A stretch of 64,000 nucleotides of DNA, from the NCBI GenBank assembly GCA_963577065.1, contig CAUYXJ010000002.1, forward strand, positions 257-64,256, written 5' to 3'. The position numbers and the translations under genes were made by a program. The DNA comes from Dehalococcoidia bacterium. GTDB taxonomy: Bacteria; Chloroflexota; Dehalococcoidia; Tepidiformales; Tepidiformaceae. The notes under the pieces were generated by a model. That model was not told where the DNA came from and ran no database searches. It was given only the letters and a program-made list of their open reading frames with translations. Shown here piece after piece: positions 1 to 8,226 of the stretch. How positions within the stretch are numbered: the first letter of the stretch is position 1; every line of letters begins with the position of its first letter.

Positions 1-975
1 CTCGTGATCGACGGGCCCAGCGGGGGCTTCGCCGCCGCGAACACCACGCTCTGGCTCTTCAAGAACTGGATGGCCGAATACCACGACTACCTTCGCCGCC
101 AGGGTCTCGTCGAGAGCTTTGATGATTTTGGCGTGCTCCAGCCGGACAATGTCGCGCTGGTCCCCTTCAAGACGCCCGCCACCTCGACCATCGACCGCAG
201 CCTCGAGGGCGGCTGCGACCAGACGGTCGTCGGCTGGATCCGCACGGACGTTTCCTACGAGGACCCCTGCGAGACCGCCGTGATCGATACCCGCAACGGG
301 CTCCTCGCGACGGCCGAGACCCCGGCGGAGTTCAGCGAGGAGCGAGAGTTCGTGAGGCTGCCGGCGTGGCGGCCCGAGCTCGCGATTAGGCTGGTAGAGG
401 AGCCGCCTGACGGCCTCGATGTCTTCATCCCGATCGTTCCCGAGGACGAGAGCGGCGGCGCGCTCGCAGTCGAGATCACGGCACCCGGCTCCAGTGCCAT
501 GATTTCGGAGGACACGGACGTGGTGGGCAGCGTAAACGTCAATCGCCTCGACACTTGGCAGCTCGAGATCGGCTCCGGTGCCAGTCCCGGCGACGACGAT
601 TGGATCCTTTTGGGCTCAGGCGAGGAGAACGTCACGGGCGAAGTGCTCGGGCGCATCATTCGCGGCGACTTCGAGGAAGGCGTGTATACCATCCGTCTGA
701 CGGCCGATGGCAAGGTCACGAAGGACCTGGAAACGAAGATCACCTTCAACATCACCGACGAGCCCGAAGGGACGCCAACGCCAACGCCGACCAGCATCCC
801 CGATCCGGGCCCAGGCCTGCCCCAGCCCCGGCCTCCAACACCACCCTCGCCTCCGACCCCCGGCCAATCCACCCCAGCCCCCGAGGCGACATCGACACCG
901 GTGCCAACCTCAGCTCCGCCGGGGCAGGCCCCAGCTCCGCCGACGCCAACCCCAACTCCGCCTCCTGAAGACTAG
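1..975 (+). CDS. secreted/surface protein, C-terminal part (5' end outside window) with Pro/Thr-rich tail
   Basis: The frame of ORF 4..975 is open from the window edge. It ends in low-complexity PTPTPTSIPDPGP...PTPTPTPPPED. No family recognised. Confidence 0.5.
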   Translation, partial: LVIDGPSGGFAAANTTLWLFKNWMAEYHDYLRRQGLVESFDDFGVLQPDNVALVPFKTPATSTIDRSLEGGCDQTVVGWIRTDVSYEDPCETAVIDTRNGLLATAETPAEFSEEREFVRLPAWRPELAIRLVEEPPDGLDVFIPIVPEDESGGALAVEITAPGSSAMISEDTDVVGSVNVNRLDTWQLEIGSGASPGDDDWILLGSGEENVTGEVLGRIIRGDFEEGVYTIRLTADGKVTKDLETKITFNITDEPEGTPTPTPTSIPDPGPGLPQPRPPTPPSPPTPGQSTPAPEATSTPVPTSAPPGQAPAPPTPTPTPPPED

Positions 976-1058
976 GAGTAGGTTGGGCGCAGCCCCAGGG
1001 CGAGACCCACCCACCCCGACCCGCCCACCCCGACCCACCCACCCCGCGCTGGCTGTGG

Positions 1059-1976
1059 CTAGCGGAGGCGTGCGCCTTCCTGCAGCCCCGTCTCTGCCGC
1101 CCATTCCCCAGCCCCGACCTTGCGCGTGCCTGGGGGCTGGACCCGCAGTACGCGCAGCGCGCCGCCGTTGAGGCGGACGTCGAAGCCCTCGTCATCCACG
1201 CGCAGGACCCGCCCCGCCATTCCCGGCTCCTCGTCCAGCGAGAGGCGGCAATCGAAAACGCCGAGCCGCTCGCCCTTGCGCGTGGTCCAGGCGCCCGGCT
1301 GGGGGTTGCAGCCCCGGATGAGGTCGTAGACGCGCTGCGCCGGCTCGTGCCAGCGGATCTGCGCGTGCTCGTCGCGGCAGGGCGGCTCATAGGTCGAGCG
1401 GGCATGGTCCTGGTCGATCCGGGGCGCCTCGCTCGCCTGAACCAGAGCGACCGCCTCGGACACCGCCTCGACGCCCATGGGGAAGAGTTTCTGGAAGTAG
1501 AGCGAGCCCATGGTGTCGTCCGCCTCGATGGGGCAGGTCTTCTGCAGGAGCAGGGGTCCGGTGTCGACGCCTTCATCGGGCCAGAAAATCGTGAGGCCGG
1601 TCTCGTTCTTTCCGAAGATGATCGGCCAGTTCATCGCGGCCGAGCCGCGGTGCAGGGGGAGCAGGCTCGGGTGGTACTGGATCGTGCCGCCGGCGGGCGC
1701 AGTCAGCGCTTCGTCCGGGAGGATTTCGGTCACGAAGGCCATGACGCCCAGCTCGGCGCCAGCGGCCTTCCAGGCTTCCAGGCCCTCGTCGGCTTTGAGC
1801 GCGGCAGTGTCGATGGGCGAGAGCCCCGTCTCCGTCGCCGCCACCCAAAGGGCGTCCGGCCGGCCGCCTTCCTGCGGCTCGGGGGCCGAGGCCGCCACGA
1901 CCTCCACGCCATCCTCCAGGAGCCGCTTCAGCACCGCCTCCCCGAACGCGGCCTGACCGATGATCGAGACGCGCAT
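1059..1976 (-). CDS. formyltransferase family protein (Fmt-like)
   Basis: MRVSIIGQAAFG N-terminus and the formyltransferase motif IQYHPSLLPLHRGSAAMNW, plus a C-terminal Fmt-like domain. Start ATG at 1976 is preceded by GGAGG (complement of 1981-1985). The longer ORF start at 2066 is unlikely. Confidence 0.75.
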   Translation of the reverse strand: MRVSIIGQAAFGEAVLKRLLEDGVEVVAASAPEPQEGGRPDALWVAATETGLSPIDTAALKADEGLEAWKAAGAELGVMAFVTEILPDEALTAPAGGTIQYHPSLLPLHRGSAAMNWPIIFGKNETGLTIFWPDEGVDTGPLLLQKTCPIEADDTMGSLYFQKLFPMGVEAVSEAVALVQASEAPRIDQDHARSTYEPPCRDEHAQIRWHEPAQRVYDLIRGCNPQPGAWTTRKGERLGVFDCRLSLDEEPGMAGRVLRVDDEGFDVRLNGGALRVLRVQPPGTRKVGAGEWAAETGLQEGARLR

Positions 1977-2219
1977 GGTTCCTCCTCGCGCTTGGGAATC
2001 CGGCGGGGCGGAGCGTACACCAGAGCGCGCTCGTCGCGAGCGTGTAGCGGCGCCACGGGCGTACACTCAGAAGGCGATGGTGCTACGACCATCTCCCGAA
2101 GGAGCCCCGCAGGGCGACGGCCAAGCCGTCGCCCTGGCGCGCGGGTAGCGGACTGCCGGCTCGGCCTCGGCCGGAGCCCGCCGCTTCCCTATTCGCCCCC
2201 TGCCGGAGGTTCCCGTTCT

Positions 2220-2696
2220 GTGGTCTGTGTTGAATCCGCTCGCCTCACCGATGCTGATGCCATCTTCGCCCTCGTCGATCTCTGGGCGCGCCGGGGAGAG
2301 ATGCTCGAACGACCGCTCGCCGAGATCCATGAGGCGATCCGGGACTTCAAGGTCGCCCGCGCCGATGCGGAAGTCGTCGGCTGTGGCTCGCTCCACATCA
2401 TGGGCCCGGACCTGGCCGAGGTACGTTCACTGGCCGTGGGCGAGGATCAGCAGGGCCAGGGCGTGGGTGCGGCCCTCGTCGACGCCTGCGTCGACGAGGC
2501 GCGCGCGCTCGGCATCGAGCGCGTCTTCGCGCTGACCTACCGCCCCGGTTTCTTCGAGCGGCAGCGCTTCGTCGTCGCGAACGTGATGGACTTTCCCCAG
2601 AAGGTCTGGAACGAGTGCGTGCGCTGCCCGTTTTTCACGAACTGCCGCGAGATCGCCGTCGTGCGCGATCTCAGGGCGGAGGGTGGCACCGGCTAG
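2220..2696 (+). CDS. GNAT family N-acetyltransferase (ArgA C-terminal-like)
   Basis: C-terminal part of ORF 1347..2696 carries the GNAT core (LAVGEDQQGQGVGAALVDACVDEARALGIERVFALT). GTG at 2220 lies 10 nt after GGAGG (2205-2209). The upstream part of the ORF is antisense shadow of the formyltransferase gene. Confidence 0.75.
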   Translation: MVCVESARLTDADAIFALVDLWARRGEMLERPLAEIHEAIRDFKVARADAEVVGCGSLHIMGPDLAEVRSLAVGEDQQGQGVGAALVDACVDEARALGIERVFALTYRPGFFERQRFVVANVMDFPQKVWNECVRCPFFTNCREIAVVRDLRAEGGTG

Positions 2697-2731
2697 CGGA
2701 GACTCCGCCGCTCGCCGGGCCGCCCAGGGAA

Positions 2732-3265
2732 TCAGCTGGCGGGAAGAAGCGACTCGACGGCAGCCCGCGGCAGGAGGTCGGCGTTCACGCCGGTCCCCGT
2801 GGCCGCCGATACGACGATCTCGATCGGTGCTTCACCGACCGGCAGCCGCCCGAGGATCTCGGTCAGTTCGTCGGCCATCGCCGTGGCACGGGCGCCGGCC
2901 GCTCCCTGCAGCACCAATCCGTAGCTGGCGTTCGAGAGGCGACCGAGGAGGTCGGTCGAGCGCACGACCCCGAGGGCCTGTCGCCCGACGGCATCGACGA
3001 CATGCGCGGGTGTGCGCCAGTCGTGCGGCTCGAGGTCGGCGAGGCCATGGATGGTGATTGTGATGAACGAGAGCGGGCCCGCGGGGGCGAGCTGGCCCAG
3101 GAGGGTCAGCCGCGCGAGGAGCTCGTCTTCGCTCGCGAGGCGGCGCGCCGGCTGGCCACGGCGCTGCCGCGGAGCGCCGTCGGCCCGCCCGAGGGGCGAG
3201 AGCCGCGGCGCCGTTCCGTCGGCGGTCGGCAGGAGCGTGACGTTGGAGCCCTCTAGTGTCGGCAT
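2732..3265 (-). CDS. GGDEF-like domain protein with degenerate active-site motif
   Basis: Fold-like pattern SFITITIHGLADL...GRLSNASYGLVL resembles a diguanylate-cyclase domain, but GG(D/E)EF is replaced. ATG at 3265 has GGAGG 6 nt upstream. Confidence 0.45.
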   Translation of the reverse strand: MPTLEGSNVTLLPTADGTAPRLSPLGRADGAPRQRRGQPARRLASEDELLARLTLLGQLAPAGPLSFITITIHGLADLEPHDWRTPAHVVDAVGRQALGVVRSTDLLGRLSNASYGLVLQGAAGARATAMADELTEILGRLPVGEAPIEIVVSAATGTGVNADLLPRAAVESLLPAS

Positions 3266-3378
3266 CGATCGCCTCCTTGGCGATGTGCCGGTGAGTATGC
3301 GCGGTGGCACGGAAAGGCTGGATTAGCGGAAACCCTGATTCCTGACCTGGCCTTTCCGAAGTTTCGGGCGGGTCGCAG

Positions 3379-4155
3379 CTACCGGTCCGTGGCGCGATAG
3401 ACCGCGCTGCCGCCGCCGCGCAGGAAACTGATCGTCAGCCGGTCGCCGTCGAGCTTGGCTTGGCCGGTAAATCCCGGCAGCCGATCGCCCTCAGCCGGGA
3501 GGCAGGTATCACGCGCACGCCCCGAGGGCGTGCGGATGAATGCTCCCTCAACGGACCATTCGCCGGTGATGGAACGGCAGCCGGACGCGGCGGAGAACGT
3601 GCCGTCGCTCCGGAAGAGGAGCGTGGGCGAGTCGCCTTCGGGCGTCCGGATAAACCCGTCCTCGCCGATCTCGGCCTCCAGAGTCCAGGTCGTATCGATC
3701 AATTCGGCGCGCGAGATCGGGGGCAGCCACGCAAAGTGCAGCTCGATGTCCGGCGGGCCACTGAGGACCAGCTCACGCCCCCTCAGTTCGAATCGGTCGA
3801 CCCGTGGGAGCGCCTCGCGGAACGCCTGCTCAGACTGGATCACCGCAGCCTCGCAGCCGATGAGCGTGCGGTACAGGTCGCTGATTTCGATCGAACTCCC
3901 GACGATGCGAGCGATGCCCCCGTACTGGTTGCAGGCAGCAACGCCTCGAACGGCGTCGTCGGTGAACTCGGAGTCACTGGTTGGCGCTCGTACGCCAAAC
4001 GTGATCGTGAGCGGCTAGCCGGGCACCACCGGCACGCCCGCGGTGAGTTGCCAGCTCCCCTCCGTGATCGCCTGCGGACGCCGCTCAGTGCCACCGCACG
4101 CCAGTGCGCCGAGCAGCCCCAGGAGCACTGCCGCCATGGCCAAGCGCTCCGCCAT
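3379..4155 (-). pseudogene. META/HslJ-like double-domain lipoprotein interrupted by in-frame TAG (4015-4017)
   Basis: ATG at 4155 opens signal peptide plus lipobox MAERLAMAAVLLGLLGALACGG. The same frame continues through TAG into ORF 3379..3843. META-like W.L...ITF...C..Y.G pattern appears in both halves. Confidence 0.6.
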
Positions 4156-4164
4156 TGGCGCAGC

Positions 4165-5784
4165 CTAGAACTTCGAGATTTCGATCTCCTTTTCGGTGAG
4201 GAACTCGAGCAGCACCGGTGTCCCTTCCTGGGTCTTCGCGATGCCGCGCTTGAGCGCTGGCACGATCTCGGCAGGGTCGCTAACGCGCTCGCCGTAGGCG
4301 CCGAACGCCTTCGCCATATCGGCATAGTTCCCGCTGATGTCGGTGCTGCGGTACTTCTCCGTGGCCGCCTGCATGATCGGCAGCTCGATCGCCATCGAGA
4401 AGTTATTGAAGAGAATCGAGAGGATGGGGATGCGTTCGCGCACGGTCGTCTCGAAGTCCATCCCGGTGAAGCCGATCGCGGCGTCGCCCCAGACGTTGAT
4501 GCAGAGTTTCTCCGGCCGCGCCAGCTTCGCGCCCATGGCGTAGCCGAGGCCTGTGCCCAGCTGGGTCGTCTTCCCCCAGCCGATGTAGCTCATCGGCACG
4601 TGGCTCTCCCAGAAGGGCGAGAGCTGGTCGCGCGGGCTGCCTGCGTCGTGCGTGATGATCGTGTTGTCGACATCGACTGTCTGGAGCAGGTCCCAGATGA
4701 CGCGATACGGCGAGATCGGCGACTCCTCCGAGGTCAACTTCGGCATCCACTGCGAGAGCCACTCCTGCTTCATGCTCGCGATCCGGGCCGGAGCGCTGTT
4801 CGTGCGCGGCGTTGCTCCTTGGAGCTCTGCGAGGAGCGCCTGCAGCGTCAGCCTCGCATCGCCCACGAGCTGATGTTGCGAAGCTTGGTCTTTGTTCAGG
4901 TCGGCGGGATCGAGCGTGGCGTGGATGATCGTCTTCCCCGGCGGCATGGCGATCCCGAAACCGGTGGCGGCAAAGCTGCAGCCGATGCCGAAGATCACGT
5001 CCGCGTCCTGGAGGAACTGGTACACGGTCTTAGGCACCGCCCGGCCCCCCGACCCGAGCGCGAGGGGATGGTTCTCGGGGAAAGCGCTCTTACCCTGCAG
5101 GCTCGTCGTCACCGGGATCTGGAGCAGCTCCGCCAGCTCGAGGAGCTCGTCCCAGGCCTTTGCGTAGTGCACGCCCTGGCCCGCGTAGATCACGGGGTTA
5201 TCGGCGTTGCGGAGGACCGCCGCCACTTCGCGTACGCCCGCAGGGTCAGGCGCTGAGCGGACAACCGGGGCGGGCGCGTAGACGAAGTCGTCCGGGATCT
5301 CCTCCTGGAAGACGTCGCCGGGGATCTCGATGAGGACGGGCCGCGGGCGACCGTTCCGCACCTGCGTGAAGGCGCGGCGCATCACCTCGGGGACGGTCGA
5401 GCCCAGCGTCACCTGCTCCGTCCATTTCGTGACGTGCTGGAAGTTCAGGAACGAGTTGAAGTTGGGCGCTTGGTTCGTGAGGCGGCGGGCGTAGCCGCCG
5501 GGCAGCACGAGGATGGGCACGGAATCGCCGTAGGCCTGGGCGACGCCGCCGAAGGCGTTCTCCGCGCCGGGCCCGTGCTGCATGGCGAACACGCCGATGC
5601 GGTCGCCCGAGTTCACGCGGCTGAAGGCATCGGCCATGTGCAGGCCGGTCCGCTCCTGACGCACGATGATCGTGCGAATGTCGGCCCGGGCGGCGGCTTC
5701 GATGATCGGATTCACGGGGTAGGCGACGAGGAACTCAACGCCCTCGCGTTTCAGGATCTCGGCTACGGCATCGGCAACCTTCAC
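4165..5784 (-). CDS. thiamine-diphosphate-dependent enzyme (acetolactate synthase large subunit-like family)
   Basis: 539 aa. N-terminal ThDP pyrimidine-binding domain (VAYPVNPI...RQERTGLHMADAFSRV...GPGAENAFGGVAQAY). C-terminal ThDP-binding motif region (GDAAIGFTGMDFETTVRERIPILSILFNN). Confidence 0.85.
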   Translation of the reverse strand: MKVADAVAEILKREGVEFLVAYPVNPIIEAAARADIRTIIVRQERTGLHMADAFSRVNSGDRIGVFAMQHGPGAENAFGGVAQAYGDSVPILVLPGGYARRLTNQAPNFNSFLNFQHVTKWTEQVTLGSTVPEVMRRAFTQVRNGRPRPVLIEIPGDVFQEEIPDDFVYAPAPVVRSAPDPAGVREVAAVLRNADNPVIYAGQGVHYAKAWDELLELAELLQIPVTTSLQGKSAFPENHPLALGSGGRAVPKTVYQFLQDADVIFGIGCSFAATGFGIAMPPGKTIIHATLDPADLNKDQASQHQLVGDARLTLQALLAELQGATPRTNSAPARIASMKQEWLSQWMPKLTSEESPISPYRVIWDLLQTVDVDNTIITHDAGSPRDQLSPFWESHVPMSYIGWGKTTQLGTGLGYAMGAKLARPEKLCINVWGDAAIGFTGMDFETTVRERIPILSILFNNFSMAIELPIMQAATEKYRSTDISGNYADMAKAFGAYGERVSDPAEIVPALKRGIAKTQEGTPVLLEFLTEKEIEISKF

Positions 5785-5923
5785 GGCAGGCCCCCCTTGA
5801 TGGGTATTCTCGGATCGGTATTCTCGATGAGGATTCGCCAGCCCTTGGACGCGGCCGCGTCAGTGTACGCGCCCCCTCGCCCCGCTTGCCGCTACCCAGG
5901 CCCGTCGCACACAATCGGGCGCG

Positions 5924-6808
5924 ATGCCCCTCCTCGCCGTGATCTCGGACTCTGCTGGCGCGGGCAAGACCGGTGTGGCCGCCGCTGTCGCGCGGCAGTT
6001 GGCCTACAGCGGCCGTCCGGTCTGGCTCGCCCGCGGCGAGTCCACGGACACGGCCACGAGCGCCGCCGAGGACGCCCGCTGGTTCGCGACGCTCGACTTT
6101 GCGCCAGGGAGCGCCGCGACGCCCGTCGCGACGCGCGCCCTGCCCAAGGCCTCTGGGGATGAAATCATCGTCGCAGAGCTAGACGCGGCGGTGGCTGAGG
6201 CGGCGGCGACGGTTCTCGTCACGCGGGAGTTGCCCGCGGAAGAGCGGGTGGCCGAACTCGGTCCGGCCGCGATCGTCGCGCTCGACCTCGCGGCGTCCGT
6301 TCAGGCTGACGCTCCGGCCGCGATCGGTGGCGTTCCGCTCATCGTGATGGCGGAGGATCGCAGCCTCGCCGGGTTTAGCGTCTCCGAGGCGCAGGCGACC
6401 CTCCGCGCCGAGGTGCTCGTCGAAGGCGACGATCTCGACCCGACTTGCGACCACCTCGTCATCGCCCCCATCGGATCGGACTCGGGTCAGCCGTACTTGA
6501 GCCGCTTCGAATCGAAGGCGGTGGTCGTGCGCTTCGACAAGACCGACCAGCACCTCGCCGCCCTTGCGACCGAGCCCGCCTGCCTCATCCTCACCGGTGG
6601 CCGGCACCCCAGCGAGTATCTTTTCGATGCCGCCTCAGCTCGGGGGGTGACGGTGATGCTCTCCCGTACCGACACGGAGAATACGGTCATTGCCCTGGAG
6701 GGCATCTTCGACCGCACCCGCTTCCATGGCGAACGTAAGCTGGAGCGTATGGCCGAGCTGCTTGCGGGGACCGCACTCGCGGAAACGCTCGCTGCGAAGC
6801 TCGGCTGA
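5924..6808 (+). CDS. P-loop (CobQ/DTB-synthetase-like) plus DRTGG domain protein, Pta N-terminal-like
   Basis: N-terminal SDSAGAGKTGVAAAV P-loop. C-terminal LILTGGRHPSEYLFDAASARGVTVMLSRTDT matches the DRTGG domain pattern. Confidence 0.6.
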   Translation: MPLLAVISDSAGAGKTGVAAAVARQLAYSGRPVWLARGESTDTATSAAEDARWFATLDFAPGSAATPVATRALPKASGDEIIVAELDAAVAEAAATVLVTRELPAEERVAELGPAAIVALDLAASVQADAPAAIGGVPLIVMAEDRSLAGFSVSEAQATLRAEVLVEGDDLDPTCDHLVIAPIGSDSGQPYLSRFESKAVVVRFDKTDQHLAALATEPACLILTGGRHPSEYLFDAASARGVTVMLSRTDTENTVIALEGIFDRTRFHGERKLERMAELLAGTALAETLAAKLG

Positions 6809-6884
6809 CGGCGCCAAAGCCCCCGTCTTACGACCTCGTCACCGGGCCGGGCACGACGCTGCGTGACGGGAGGCGAAGGAGCAG

Positions 6885-7544
6885 TTACTCGATGAGGCGC
6901 GCGCGTTCCGCTTGGCTGGGGGGCGCGTCCTGGCGCCGGACGCCGGGGTTCGGACGCTGCACGGGCGGCGGCAACGACCTCGCATTCGTGGCCCGTGCCG
7001 GGGTCGGCCGCGCTCGAGCGGGTGGCGGTGGCGCCGGCCCCGGGGCCACCGCTGCTGGCGGGCGGCCGCGCGGCACCCTCGCCGTGGGCGCTGCCCGTGG
7101 TGCCTTCTCCTGGGAGCAGTACGGGCACGTGACCCACCCGTAGTCCAGTGGCTTGGCACAGGCTTCGCACGGCTCTTTTAGGTCCGTGCGACAGGAGGGG
7201 CAGACCAGGTAGTCGTCGCGCACCCGCCGGCGGCAGTTCGGGCAGGCCTTCTGGTCTTCGAGATCCTGGAGGAGCGTTTCCTCTTCCAGGGAGCGCTCGT
7301 AGAGCTCGGTCAGCGTTTGCCGCGGCCGAAGGATCAGGTACACCCAGTGGCCCGGCAGGAAAAACACAAGCGCGAGCAGCACCGAGACCGTCTGCACGAT
7401 GGGGTCGCGGGTGCGCTGGCGAATGTCGCGGTAGACCCAGAAGATGAGCGCGACCCACAGCACCGACGCGTAGACCGCCAGGACCGTGACGATGAGCCGG
7501 ATCGTCTCCTGCCACGAGCCGCCCGGCCAATCAACCAGGAACAT
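6885..7544 (-). CDS. membrane-anchored double zinc-ribbon protein
   Basis: Two N-terminal TM helices, then CPNC...CPSC and CEAC...CPYC ribbons and a Pro/Ala-rich tail. ATG 7544 is preceded by GGAGG. Confidence 0.65.
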   Translation of the reverse strand: MFLVDWPGGSWQETIRLIVTVLAVYASVLWVALIFWVYRDIRQRTRDPIVQTVSVLLALVFFLPGHWVYLILRPRQTLTELYERSLEEETLLQDLEDQKACPNCRRRVRDDYLVCPSCRTDLKEPCEACAKPLDYGWVTCPYCSQEKAPRAAPTARVPRGRPPAAVAPGPAPPPPARARPTPARATNARSLPPPVQRPNPGVRRQDAPPSQAERARLIE

Positions 7545-7562
7545 CGGGCCTCCTCGCCATCC

Positions 7563-7586
7563 CCACGCGGCGGGCCCGCCGCGTGG
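7563..7586. other. perfect 11-bp-stem GC hairpin
   Basis: ccacgcggcgg-gc-ccgccgcgtgg, about 19 nt upstream of the 7544 start codon. Confidence 0.8.
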
Positions 7587-7905
7587 CGCTCGAGCCGCCG
7601 ACGGCGCCTAGCGCGCCAGTCTCCTGAGAGTACAACATCGCTTGGTCAGTAGCGCCAGGGAACCGATCAGCTGTCTTAACGACGGTGGCGAAGGCCCCAA
7701 ACCGCAGCAGATGGGCGCAGTGCTGCGAGCGAAGGCGAATCCCCCGGAAGGCGCCGCAGCAGTCGCGCGGCCCCGCAGGGAGGGCGGAAGCGCAGACCCG
7801 GTCCGAGGTCCCGGGGGCGCGGGGAGCCCCGAGAGGGCGAGCCCGCGGGCGCAGCCGTCCCGGGAAGGGGCGCAGCGGCCGCAGGCAGCGCCCCACCCGA
7901 CGGCC

Positions 7906-8019
7906 CCAGGGAGCGCGCAGGCGCAGCGCCGGAGAGCGGGCAGCGGCAGGAGGCGGCCCACGCGACAGTCCCAGGGAGCGAGCGCGCAGGCGCAGCGCCC
8001 GGAGGGCGGGCAGCCGCAG
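7906..8019. repeat. two ~48-bp direct repeats (65-bp period) in a purine/GC-rich non-coding tract
   Basis: ccagggagcgcgcaggcgcagcgccggagagcgggcagcggcag (from 7906) versus ccagggagcgagcgcgcaggcgcagcgcccggagggcgggcagccgcag (from 7971). Confidence 0.7.
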
Positions 8020-8129
8020 CAGACGACCAGCGAGGCGATGAAGATCAGCGGTAGGCGGGCACCGCGCCGAACGCCCCGAGCGCGCGAGCGCGGAGGCGCC
8101 GCGACCGGCAGGGCGCGAAGACGAAGCAG

Positions 8130-8213
8130 TCGAGTGGCGAGGCTATCGAGTCGAGTGGCGAGGCTATCGAGTCGAGTGGCGAGGCTATCGAGACGAGCGG
8201 CGAGGCTATCAAG
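8130..8213. repeat. 4 x 21-bp tandem repeat abutting the pcrA start
   Basis: tcgagtggcgaggctatcgag occurs three times exactly (8130, 8151, 8172). A fourth, degenerate unit acgagcggcgaggctatcaag follows (8193-8213). pcrA GTG is at 8227. Confidence 0.95.
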
Positions 8214-8226
8214 GTAAGATCGAGCC

